Source: a virus (lineage: Duplodnaviria; Caudoviricetes). Taken from it: a stretch of DNA of 64,000 nt. How positions within the stretch are numbered: the stretch's first letter is position 1; the number at the start of each line of letters is the position of its first letter. Position numbers and translations under genes: made by a program. The notes under the pieces were generated by a model. It made no database searches. It worked only from the letters and a program-made list of their open reading frames with translations, and had not been told where the DNA came from. Below, one piece after another: positions 19,224-28,634 of the stretch. The stretch lies in the IMG/VR virus record IMGVR_UViG_3300020434_000055; one strand, given 5' to 3'.

Positions 19224-20049
19224 TTGCCTCCAATTTATTTAATATGTCATCTGAAAGAAATTCAGGATCAACATAATGAAATATACCGTTTTGTTTATAA
19301 TTTCCTATTTTTAAATTACACTTTTCATCAAAATAAGGGTTCACATAAGACATCCACTTATTAGTTTTATGTTTCCAATTTTGTGCATAAGATTTCATGT
19401 GTGTAAAAGTTAAAAAGTCTACTTTAGATGTTATTTTGTTCATATTATTAACCAAGTTACTTGCTAAAGACACAGATACGTCCATACTACACCAATTTTG
19501 AGTATGCAAAGGGATAAATCTTTTATAATACACTTCATAATTCTTTATTATATGTTCTACTAAATTAAAAAAATTAAAATTACTTTTAGTTTTTTTAAAA
19601 TAGTGCATACCACAATATAAATTGGGTAAATTATTTTTTGTAAATGCTTTTCTATAAAAATCTGATGTAACAATTTCATTTCTATATGTTTTTACTTGTG
19701 ATGTAAAAAATAATTCAAAATTGTTTAAAAATTTCCACCAATGATCAAGATTTTCTAACACTAACATATCTGCATCAAGCACCATCGTTTCATCATAGGG
19801 TGAAGCATTGTATATTTTACATCTATTTTCTATTTTCCAAGTACTAAACTCTGCATAGTCTTCCCCTGGTATATCTATGATACTGTTAAAGTACTTCTTT
19901 TGTTCATTAGGGATCGAAACATTGGTCATTAAACTAATTTTTGCTTGTTTATTATGTAATCTTATACTCATAGCTAAAGCAATTGCTTGTTTAAAGTAAT
20001 CTACACTATCATTTTGTTGTGCAAAAATAAGATAACCTTGATTTATCAT
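19216..20049 (-). CDS. GT-A-fold glycosyltransferase
   Basis: SPYDETMVLDADM DxD motif, YCGMHYFKK. Confidence 0.7.
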   Translation of the reverse strand: MINQGYLIFAQQNDSVDYFKQAIALAMSIRLHNKQAKISLMTNVSIPNEQKKYFNSIIDIPGEDYAEFSTWKIENRCKIYNASPYDETMVLDADMLVLENLDHWWKFLNNFELFFTSQVKTYRNEIVTSDFYRKAFTKNNLPNLYCGMHYFKKTKSNFNFFNLVEHIIKNYEVYYKRFIPLHTQNWCSMDVSVSLASNLVNNMNKITSKVDFLTFTHMKSYAQNWKHKTNKWMSYVNPYFDEKCNLKIGNYKQNGIFHYVDPEFLSDDILNKLEANV

Positions 20050-20894
20050 ACTTGTTCCTCTTTTATCCAGCGATCATACATTATTGCACGATTTAATGCT
20101 AATTTGTTCATTATATGTAAATCCATACCATTTACTCTACATGGATAATATTTTTTAGTATCAATGGAAAGCATTAATTTCCAAGATCCATCAAAATGTA
20201 TAACATCATCTCTATCTGTTATGTAATATAACTTGCCTGGCAAGTTCATTGGCCAATTAGTTTCTTTAAAATCGTTTAACATATGAATAGCAATACTAAA
20301 AGAATGATCATTTCTATAATTTTGTCCTATAATTTGATACGTGAATCTATAAAATGACCAATTATTTTTAATATGCTTAATTAATTCAAAGAAAGTTTTC
20401 ATTTTTTTAGTTTTTCTAAAAAAGAAAACAGTAGCCCAATACATAGGAATGCTAGAATCACTTACATTTTTATCGATTAAATCTTCTCTATGTTGATAAT
20501 TGATATATTCTGCATCTTTGTTTATAAGAAAATCAGCATTTGATTGAAAGCATTTTAAAAGATGATTATTTCCTACAATGTAATCTGTATCCATAACAAT
20601 AGTTTCATCATATGGTGTTAAATCATAACAGTTAGGTCTTGAAAAATTATGCCACAAAGCAGTATGCTTGGTCATTGAACCATCTGAAAAAGATTTTATT
20701 TGTGTTGTATTAGTATTTTCTACGGATATAATTTTGTCAAATAGGAATTTCTTGTCATCTGGTACTTTATTTGACGTTACTAAACTTACAGATAAGTTTA
20801 AATGTTTTTTAATTTGTTCACTACAAAAGATAGCCTGCGATACATAATCTATCAGGCCATTATTATGAGCAAATAGTAATACACCTTTAGTCAT
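20046..20894 (-). CDS. GT-A-fold glycosyltransferase (paralogue of 19216-20049)
   Basis: TPYDETIVMDTDY, WATVFFFRK, RNDHSFSIA. Confidence 0.7.
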   Translation of the reverse strand: MTKGVLLFAHNNGLIDYVSQAIFCSEQIKKHLNLSVSLVTSNKVPDDKKFLFDKIISVENTNTTQIKSFSDGSMTKHTALWHNFSRPNCYDLTPYDETIVMDTDYIVGNNHLLKCFQSNADFLINKDAEYINYQHREDLIDKNVSDSSIPMYWATVFFFRKTKKMKTFFELIKHIKNNWSFYRFTYQIIGQNYRNDHSFSIAIHMLNDFKETNWPMNLPGKLYYITDRDDVIHFDGSWKLMLSIDTKKYYPCRVNGMDLHIMNKLALNRAIMYDRWIKEEQV

Positions 20895-21234
20895 CCTTCA
20901 ATATTTCACCTTTTGACTTTTCTAACTTACGATATTCTAGCCAATAAGCATTAAGATTCTTTTGATATAAGTCAGAAATGTTGTCAAAAAAGTCCTGAAC
21001 GTTATCTACTTTAACAGGAACTTTGTAATCATCTAATATAATAACGTCTTTATTCTTGTTTAAATCTAATAGTCCTTTACAATAGTTGATTAATGCTACA
21101 TTAATCGTAAATTGATGACCTTCGTGGAAATGAATATTAGAATCCACAAACTTTTCTTTCAGAATTCTAGTTTGGTTATTGTGGACTTTTAATCTGTCCG
21201 CAAGTCGCAAGGCTTTTTGTTGTATTTCTTCCAT
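20887..21234 (-). CDS. Hypothetical protein (possibly tail-fibre assembly chaperone-like)
   Basis: 115 aa, directly downstream of the fibre genes. The function guess is positional only. Confidence 0.4.
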   Translation of the reverse strand: MEEIQQKALRLADRLKVHNNQTRILKEKFVDSNIHFHEGHQFTINVALINYCKGLLDLNKNKDVIILDDYKVPVKVDNVQDFFDNISDLYQKNLNAYWLEYRKLEKSKGEILKDD

Positions 21235-21292
21235 ACGTTTTGTATTGCGATTATAACAGGATTTGTGAATTTAATCAAGTTGGATTTTGGTA

Positions 21293-22180
21293 TTAAAGAG
21301 TGCTGGTTCCATCTATGGCAAAAGCTGGTGTTGTACCAATTACATCTATATAAGCAGTACCAGAATCTATAGTAGCTGTAGCATTACTAACTGTTTCATC
21401 AATATTACCTGCCGCTTCGTCACGATATTCCATAGTAAACATTAATTGAGTATTTGATACAGTTCTTGCCTCAATAGTAAAATCATTCGCCGCATAGGCG
21501 CCTCCGCCTCCATCAATACGTTGATATATGTATTGATCAGTCCCAGTTAATTGGTAATTTCCTATAGCAGATCCTACTGTTCCTTGTGGATCTCCTGATG
21601 CTTGTGTTGTACTATTTGCTCCAAATGAAATAGTACCTGCCTGAGCTAACATCGTATTCCAAGATGAGTCTTTAGCACTTCCGCCTGTAACACTTGCCGC
21701 TATTCTAATTGTTCCTCCTGAATTGAAAAAATATCTTCTTTCATCTTCATCAGTAAAAGTAACCGTGAAAAGATGTGTAATTGTACCATTCCATGAACTA
21801 CTTCTAGTCTTAGATGCACTTGTACCTTGTACTTGAATTTGATTAATGTGAGCTGTTAGTCTATTTGTTGCAATAGCTAGAGCTAATGCTTCGTATTGAT
21901 CCCAACCTTTATAAGTTGTTGTATCATCATCTACAATTAAGTCTGCCGCTACTACTTCTTGAAGTTGTCCTGATGTTGGATTACCACCATTTTGGTGTTT
22001 ATAGCATTTTCTAATATCTTCATAAAGGTTATTAATGTTAGTTGCTTCTACAAGTTGGGCTACTGATACCGTACTACTAGTTGCAGTTTGTCCATAACCT
22101 GAATCTCCGGTTCCTGTACCAAGTACGTTATACACATCTTGTCTTAGATTGTTATATCTAGTTGCAGTAACTAATGCCAT
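21293..22180 (-). CDS. Putative virion structural/tail protein
   Basis: Thr/Gly/Ser/Ala-rich beta-type composition; last gene of the fibre block. Confidence 0.55.
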   Translation of the reverse strand: MALVTATRYNNLRQDVYNVLGTGTGDSGYGQTATSSTVSVAQLVEATNINNLYEDIRKCYKHQNGGNPTSGQLQEVVAADLIVDDDTTTYKGWDQYEALALAIATNRLTAHINQIQVQGTSASKTRSSSWNGTITHLFTVTFTDEDERRYFFNSGGTIRIAASVTGGSAKDSSWNTMLAQAGTISFGANSTTQASGDPQGTVGSAIGNYQLTGTDQYIYQRIDGGGGAYAANDFTIEARTVSNTQLMFTMEYRDEAAGNIDETVSNATATIDSGTAYIDVIGTTPAFAIDGTSTL

Positions 22181-22201
22181 TTGAATATTCCTTTAGAGTA
22201 T

Positions 22202-23674
22202 TTACACTTTTAATACGCACTGAACTAATTTTTCTGAAGCTTTATTGTTTTCTTCTAATGATATGCCTACAAGTCGTCCGATATCATGAGCCATTGGTCT
22301 ACCAATTCCTACACCACCTGGTCCTGCATATACGTGTCCACCTTTTTCTATTGATCCTACAACTCTTATAGGAACTTTACCTACAAAAGCAATAGCCTGT
22401 CCTGGACCATCTGAATTCATTAAGTATGCTGGACTTTCTGATATAACTCCTATTGGATTTGTACCATCATCTGCTGTAGCTTCTTTGGCTCCGCCAATTT
22501 TTACTATAGTACCTGTAGGATAAGTTTCATCTGTATCATATTTTTCCGCCAAATCTGCGTATTGTGCCTGCGTGGCAGTACCAATAAAAAGATTTGCAGT
22601 AATATTAGAACTAACATCTCTTAAAGCAGTTGAATTTGCTACGGCAGTCGTCGCTCCTGCATAGTCAACACTAGCAAATTTAATTGCTGTAGCCGAATCG
22701 GCATTTCCTTTGAAACTAGTTGCATGAACTTCATACCACTTATCAGCCGAGTCTCCTATATTTCTATTTCCAGTTCCTGGAAGTATTCCTGCTGTAGTAA
22801 TTTTAGCAATATCAGTTACAGTTCCAGTATCATTTACTTTAAATTCAATTTTTGATCCTACTTCATTTGATACCGAAGCTTCGTTACCATTTATAATAGA
22901 TACTCTAAGGTCATTACTATCTCCTACAGTATATCCTACATCAGAAAAAGAAGCAATAGTTGTAAAAGTTGTTGTACCTTGACCAGTTGTTAAATATTCG
23001 CTGGCAAGTTTACCGCCTAATTTTAATGAGTTAGAAGCAGTACCCCAAGTATAAGTGTCTGTAGATGTAACTCCACCTGTAGCGGCTTTTGTATCTTTAA
23101 GTGTAATACCTGTTTTAATTCCATCAAAACCTGTAATAAGATTACTTGGATCTGATGTGCCTATTGTAAATTCTGATCCACTAATTGTAAGAATTGTTTC
23201 ATCATTTACAACAGCTTCAATAATTAAATGGCTAGCACCAACATCATCTTTAATTGTTCTACTTTTTAACTGGGTAACAACTGTTCCTACCCCTTGTGGA
23301 CCTACTAAAACAAAACTAGATCCGTTCCAAGCATATAATTGATCATTACCAGTATCCCACCAAAAATCTCCAGTGGTTAATCCTGATGGAGCGGCAGTAT
23401 CTACTTCTGCGCCACCTGTTGTTCTCCATTTAGTACCATCATAAAACTTTAATTTACTAGTTGCATTATCGAACCAAACTTGTCCACTAACAGCTTTTGA
23501 TGGAGAAGTTGCTCCTGAAAAGTTTTCTAATAAGTGTAAAAAGTTTTCATTTTGAATTTCACCATATCCTGCATAATTTCGTCCTATAAATCTTATATCT
23601 GTAGTTTGATCTATAGTACCGTCTTCTACAGTTGTAATTAATGTTCCGTCGTATTTGTTTACAATATATGCCAT
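22202..23674 (-). CDS. Tail fibre/baseplate protein with C-terminal peptidase-G2/intramolecular-chaperone-like domain
   Basis: Shared N-terminal module (GRNYAGYGE..NENFLHLLENF, GQVWFD). C-terminal QYADLAEKY...GVIS..PAYLMN...VGKVP. Confidence 0.65.
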   Translation of the reverse strand: MAYIVNKYDGTLITTVEDGTIDQTTDIRFIGRNYAGYGEIQNENFLHLLENFSGATSPSKAVSGQVWFDNATSKLKFYDGTKWRTTGGAEVDTAAPSGLTTGDFWWDTGNDQLYAWNGSSFVLVGPQGVGTVVTQLKSRTIKDDVGASHLIIEAVVNDETILTISGSEFTIGTSDPSNLITGFDGIKTGITLKDTKAATGGVTSTDTYTWGTASNSLKLGGKLASEYLTTGQGTTTFTTIASFSDVGYTVGDSNDLRVSIINGNEASVSNEVGSKIEFKVNDTGTVTDIAKITTAGILPGTGNRNIGDSADKWYEVHATSFKGNADSATAIKFASVDYAGATTAVANSTALRDVSSNITANLFIGTATQAQYADLAEKYDTDETYPTGTIVKIGGAKEATADDGTNPIGVISESPAYLMNSDGPGQAIAFVGKVPIRVVGSIEKGGHVYAGPGGVGIGRPMAHDIGRLVGISLEENNKASEKLVQCVLKV

Positions 23675-23697
23675 ATGTGTCCTATTTTAAATATTTA
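23675..23697 (-). promoter_or_regulatory. TAAATA late promoter plus AGGA Shine-Dalgarno
   Basis: The minus strand reads TAAATATTTAAAATAGGACACAT-ATG. Confidence 0.6.
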
Positions 23698-23701
23698 TCT
23701 A

Positions 23702-25978
23702 TTAGTACAGTTCTCTATCAAACTCCCACGAGCCACTACCTGTGCCAGTAGGGTCATTAACAACAAACTGTAATAAACCTCTTATTGGTGTAAATCCTAT
23801 AGCACCTGCGGCTTGAGTTGGAAAACTAATATCCTCTACAACTTGTTTATTTGAACTACCAACTACAGGTGTTCTTTCTATTGTACCTGTATTTGCATTA
23901 TAATTTGTACCTGAAAATTGCCCAAGTGGTCCACCTGATTGAGAATTAAGATCAATAGTTAATGATATGTAATTCGGAGCCTCAGCGGCAAATTCTGATG
24001 CTATTACAGTATAATTTCCATCAATAGTTGCTCCACTTGGCGGTGTTGTACTAAATGTTGTACCTGTAATTACAACTGATTGTCCTGCTTCATAATAATG
24101 AGCAACAGAACAAGTAATTTTTGTTGTTACACCTAAACTTGCATCAGTATTATGAGTTACTATAGAATTAATAGTTCTTTGACTAGCTGTTATTGTTTGA
24201 TCAACAGGTGTATAATCTATTAATTTTACTGCATCTACATCAATTCCTGATACTGCACCAGTTGTTCCAAAATCAACTGTACGAACTCTTGCTAATAAAC
24301 CATGCGATTTTTTTCCAATTGCAATTATAGGATTAACAGATGTCAATGGTGCTCGAGTATTACCATTATAAGTCCAATTAGGACTGCTATATCCTGCTAC
24401 AGGATAAAGATCATTTAAAGCAGTGATTATCCAATTATGAACAGCAGTGTCTTGATATCCTGTACCTATTCCTGATATATCAAGTTCAATTGCCGCACTA
24501 ACTCCACCATCTGCATATTGTTTAGTTACTGCATCAGTTGGATTTACTGGTTCACCTAGTCCTGTAATTCTTTGACTACCTTGTTGACTCGAACTATCTA
24601 AAATTGTAATAGGCGTGTCACTCTTAAGGTGTAATGTTTCTGCATTTATGGACTCAATGGTGTTTGCATTTAATCTTATGTCATCAATAACAAGTTCGAC
24701 CATTGTTCCTAAAGTTGTTAAAGAAGAAAATTCTACTTGTGATCCTAATGTATCTCCTGATAATACCATGTTTCCATCAACTTTATAGTTTTTGCCTACT
24801 GCTAAATCTATATTTTCTGTTGACGTCCAACTATCTGTAGCATTTTTCCATGTAAAATATTTGTCACTGTCTGATGATTTAAGAATTATTCCTCCATCAT
24901 CTACTGCTATATCATTTCCTACAACTTGACTTTCATCTATACCTAATTCAATATTTTTATCTTCTACTTGTAAATTAACAACTCCAATATTAGTTTGAGT
25001 ACCACTTACTGTAAGATTTCCTGAAATGTTTACATCTCCTCCTACGTCAAGTGTTTTTGCAGGTGTTCCTTGAAATATTCCTACACGACTATTTGCGGCA
25101 TCAACTTTAATTGCTGATGTTGGTGTAGGATTACGTACTTTTAAATTAAAATCTTGATCAGTTAATACATTTTCAATTGTAAATGCATTTGAATCAAATT
25201 TTAATTGAGTATTTTGATTTAATCCTACTATTAATCCTGCATTATTTTGTACAGTTATTGAACCTGTAGTTGTATCATTGGCATCTGCATACAAATATTG
25301 ATCACCTGTTCTTGCAACGCCGGCCGCATTAGTTAAATTTTCTGCTTCTGTAACTCTTCCTCTATATTTGAAATCTGTAGAAACAACATTAAATCCTCTA
25401 TATATTATGCCATTAGGATTAGTATTTGGATCAACTAGTTCTGTTATTTTGTCTGCAGGTACTGGTGTAAATTCTGCGTTAGCATAAGCACCTATAACAA
25501 CTCCTTTAATAAAAAATTTAATAACAGTTTGCGTTACGTTCTGTGTATCTAAAACTGATACTACATCAAAACCTGATTGTCCTTGTGTAAGAGAATATTG
25601 TGGACCTACTAATTTAAGAACTGTACCATCAAAAAAGTATAATTGTTGTTTAGAGCTGTCTATCCATAGATCACCTGACACCATATTTGGTTGTGTAGCT
25701 GAAACTGTTACACCGCCACCTGCTACAAATTCTGATCCATTATAAACTTTTAATTTATTTTCAGATGTATCATACCAAAGTTGTCCTGTAATAGGATGTG
25801 CTGGAGCAGTTGTATTAGAAAAACTTTCTAGTACTTTAATAAAATTTTCATTAAGAACTTCACCAAATCCTGTATAATTTCTACCAATTAAAGAAAGATC
25901 AGTAGATGTAGTATCTAATTGACCATCAACTAAATCAGTTAATAAACTTCCATCTGTTTTGTTTAATTTATAACTCAT
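23702..25978 (-). CDS. Tail fibre/baseplate protein (paralogous N-terminus)
   Basis: GRNYTGFGE..NENF, GQLWYD, GDLWID repeats; VEDKNIELG fibre motif. Confidence 0.65.
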   Translation of the reverse strand: MSYKLNKTDGSLLTDLVDGQLDTTSTDLSLIGRNYTGFGEVLNENFIKVLESFSNTTAPAHPITGQLWYDTSENKLKVYNGSEFVAGGGVTVSATQPNMVSGDLWIDSSKQQLYFFDGTVLKLVGPQYSLTQGQSGFDVVSVLDTQNVTQTVIKFFIKGVVIGAYANAEFTPVPADKITELVDPNTNPNGIIYRGFNVVSTDFKYRGRVTEAENLTNAAGVARTGDQYLYADANDTTTGSITVQNNAGLIVGLNQNTQLKFDSNAFTIENVLTDQDFNLKVRNPTPTSAIKVDAANSRVGIFQGTPAKTLDVGGDVNISGNLTVSGTQTNIGVVNLQVEDKNIELGIDESQVVGNDIAVDDGGIILKSSDSDKYFTWKNATDSWTSTENIDLAVGKNYKVDGNMVLSGDTLGSQVEFSSLTTLGTMVELVIDDIRLNANTIESINAETLHLKSDTPITILDSSSQQGSQRITGLGEPVNPTDAVTKQYADGGVSAAIELDISGIGTGYQDTAVHNWIITALNDLYPVAGYSSPNWTYNGNTRAPLTSVNPIIAIGKKSHGLLARVRTVDFGTTGAVSGIDVDAVKLIDYTPVDQTITASQRTINSIVTHNTDASLGVTTKITCSVAHYYEAGQSVVITGTTFSTTPPSGATIDGNYTVIASEFAAEAPNYISLTIDLNSQSGGPLGQFSGTNYNANTGTIERTPVVGSSNKQVVEDISFPTQAAGAIGFTPIRGLLQFVVNDPTGTGSGSWEFDRELY

Positions 25979-25979
25979 C

Positions 25980-27992
25980 TTACGAAGTGCCTCCTGTATA
26001 AATTATGAAGTTAATAGCCAAGAAAGGATTCATAACGTTTAATGCTTGTCCTATAGTACCATCTATTCCACCACTAGTAGGAATTGCTTGAGCAGTATTA
26101 GAACCTGTAGGTCCATCATATACAATAACTTCTGGATCTGTAGGTACTGCTGTAATGGCTCTTGTAGCAAAAAATTGATCATTATTATCTGCTTTTAAAT
26201 TGTGTTCGTGATCAGGTAAATTTTCTTTTACAAGAGTTTTAGTTTCAGTTCCACTATAACCTGCTAAATTATCAGCTTCTTGTAATTTAACACGATCAGC
26301 AGATGTTCCACCCATATTATCCAAACCAAGAGGAAATCTTCCTCTTAAATCTGGAAGTTTAAAAAGAGCAGTATTTGAAGGTGTTCCAAATTGAGTTCCT
26401 ATAATTGCATATAACTTAGAATATGTTGATCTAGATTTTTCACTACCATCACACATTAACCAATCTGAAGGAGAAGTTGCTCCTGCATATGGCATCATAG
26501 AACCTATAGGTGGTGTTGCTACAGCAGATAAAAATTGTTCTGCTGGAATTTTGTAAACACCTGTGTTTCCTGTTGTTCTATTAAGTATAATTTCATCTGT
26601 GCTTTGTGTTGAAGTTGTTAATGTTTTGTCTGCTATAAAAGTATTGCTTATAACAGTATTAAAAGTTTTTATTGTTCCACCTGTTTGACCATCAAAACTA
26701 AATGACGGTGCTGAAACATCTCCAGCCATTTGAAAAGTAGTTGCTGAAGATAATTTATTGGCGGAGCCAGCCGTTCCGCTTACTGTACCACTGACATTAC
26801 CCGTTAAGGTTCCTACAAAATTATTAGCATAAACATTTAAATATTGATTATTACTAGCACCTAAACTATCAGTATTATTAGCCGTTGGTACAATTGATCC
26901 TGCTGTTATTCCACCTACAATATTAACATTAGCACCTGCATATAAATCTTTAGCAATACCTATTCCTCCTTTAACAATTAAAGAACCTGTACCTATTGAC
27001 GTTGAATCAGTTGTGCCATTAGCAAGTATATTTCCACTTGTTTTAATATTACCTATTACATCTAAAGCTTCGGTTGGTGCAAGATTATTAATTCCTACTT
27101 GTGAAGTAGCGTCTAATCTCATAACTGTTTCAGTTACACCTTCATTATTAACTTGAAAGTCTATATGAGAACCAGATGTTTTATGAGTTATTATTCCTGC
27201 TTGTCCTTCAATTCCCATTGTAAATGTACCACTTGATCCAACTTCAAGTCCAGTATCATTTTTAATTTTAAGTGGAAAATTAGCAATATTAGTTGTATCT
27301 GCTCTTAAAAAATTTCCTGAAGCTACTATGCTACTACCAACTAAAAGATTTTCTGCCTTTTCGGCAACGCCGTAAAATTTACCTACACCATCTCCTGCTA
27401 TATCTAATGAACTTAAATTTACTCCAGGATTAATTGATGAAAAACCGCCAATAGTAGATTTAGGTGTAAATGATTCAGTTGCAACAATGGCAACTGGTTT
27501 AGCACCAACTTCTATTTGTACTATAGTATGAGATAAGTCGTCTGTACCAACAACTGTTGCCGGAGATGCCCCTGTTGACAATCCTGCACTATATTGTGGA
27601 CCTATTAAAATCCAACCTGTTCCTGTAAAAAGATATAATTGTTGATTATCTGTATCAACCCAAAGGTCACCTGCAATACTTTCACTGGCGGCTGGTTGGT
27701 TAAGTGCTTTTTTTAAACCTCCACTAGCTACCCAATTAGTACCATCATAAATTTTTAATTGGTTAACTCCAACAGTACTATCAAACCACAATTGTCCTTC
27801 TATAGGTCTTAATGGTGCAGAATTTTTTGCAAAATTTTCTAATAAATGCAAAAAGTTTTCTGCTATTACAGTACCATATGATGTCGTAGATTTTCCTGGT
27901 AACGATAAACTAGTTTCCTGATTGACAGTATTGTCTTCTACAGTAACACCAGTTTTACTTACGCTGTCAGAAAAATTGACTGTGTATGCCAT
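25980..27992 (-). CDS. Short-tail-fibre-like protein with phage tail collar domain
   Basis: Same N-terminal module. C-terminal PPIGSMMPYAG...WLMCDG...LPDLRGRFPLG...NPFLAINFII is the tail collar signature. Confidence 0.8.
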   Translation of the reverse strand: MAYTVNFSDSVSKTGVTVEDNTVNQETSLSLPGKSTTSYGTVIAENFLHLLENFAKNSAPLRPIEGQLWFDSTVGVNQLKIYDGTNWVASGGLKKALNQPAASESIAGDLWVDTDNQQLYLFTGTGWILIGPQYSAGLSTGASPATVVGTDDLSHTIVQIEVGAKPVAIVATESFTPKSTIGGFSSINPGVNLSSLDIAGDGVGKFYGVAEKAENLLVGSSIVASGNFLRADTTNIANFPLKIKNDTGLEVGSSGTFTMGIEGQAGIITHKTSGSHIDFQVNNEGVTETVMRLDATSQVGINNLAPTEALDVIGNIKTSGNILANGTTDSTSIGTGSLIVKGGIGIAKDLYAGANVNIVGGITAGSIVPTANNTDSLGASNNQYLNVYANNFVGTLTGNVSGTVSGTAGSANKLSSATTFQMAGDVSAPSFSFDGQTGGTIKTFNTVISNTFIADKTLTTSTQSTDEIILNRTTGNTGVYKIPAEQFLSAVATPPIGSMMPYAGATSPSDWLMCDGSEKSRSTYSKLYAIIGTQFGTPSNTALFKLPDLRGRFPLGLDNMGGTSADRVKLQEADNLAGYSGTETKTLVKENLPDHEHNLKADNNDQFFATRAITAVPTDPEVIVYDGPTGSNTAQAIPTSGGIDGTIGQALNVMNPFLAINFIIYTGGTS

Positions 27993-27995
27993 CTA

Positions 27996-28607
27996 TTATT
28001 CCTCGTTAAAACCTGTCAGACTTTGCACTCTTACAGTATAATCTATTTGAATTAATCTGTTTAAACTTTTTTGAACAGGGTGAAATATTACGTGAGTAAG
28101 TAAATTTCCAGTACCACTAGGAGAATAACTCATCAAACCTAATTCGTCGAATACGTATAATCCTTCTGAATTACTGGCATTATCTACTGCGTCTTGTCCG
28201 CTTGGTTCACCATAATCTAATAAACAAGTAACTAAAACATCTGTATAATTTGTTCCGTTTACGTGTCTTGTCTCAATTTTATTTCTTATTGGATCAAGAT
28301 TTGAAACTGATCTATCATCTACAACTTTACTAAAAGTTTGATTGTATAGACTAGCATTAGTACCTGTTGAATTAGGTGTCAAATATGTTATAATTCCTGT
28401 AGGATCAATTGACGTTCCACCATTACCAAACACCATAGAATTTACGAATCCTTGACCCGCATTAGCAAGACTTTCTGCAAGTGCTAAACTCATATTTTCG
28501 TAATGTATGGCGTTTCTTTTATTCACAAATACATGGCCAGAATCCGGATCATGTATCTTTATATGTCCTTGAAGTAATACACCGTTATTTTCTTTTATGT
28601 TATTCAT
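27996..28607 (-). CDS. Baseplate/tail-fibre attachment-type structural protein
   Basis: MVFGNGG...FDELGL...HPVQK pattern resembling tail-collar-fibre proximal domains; lies between the giant wedge gene and the fibre genes. Confidence 0.45.
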   Translation of the reverse strand: MNNIKENNGVLLQGHIKIHDPDSGHVFVNKRNAIHYENMSLALAESLANAGQGFVNSMVFGNGGTSIDPTGIITYLTPNSTGTNASLYNQTFSKVVDDRSVSNLDPIRNKIETRHVNGTNYTDVLVTCLLDYGEPSGQDAVDNASNSEGLYVFDELGLMSYSPSGTGNLLTHVIFHPVQKSLNRLIQIDYTVRVQSLTGFNEE

Positions 28608-28612
28608 TTACG

Positions 28613-28634
28613 CTCCAGTTCTTAGCTGTATTTA
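28613..28634 (-). promoter_or_regulatory. TAAATA late promoter plus GGAG SD
   Basis: TAAATA at 28634-28629, GGAG at 28616-28613, ATG 28607. Confidence 0.55.
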
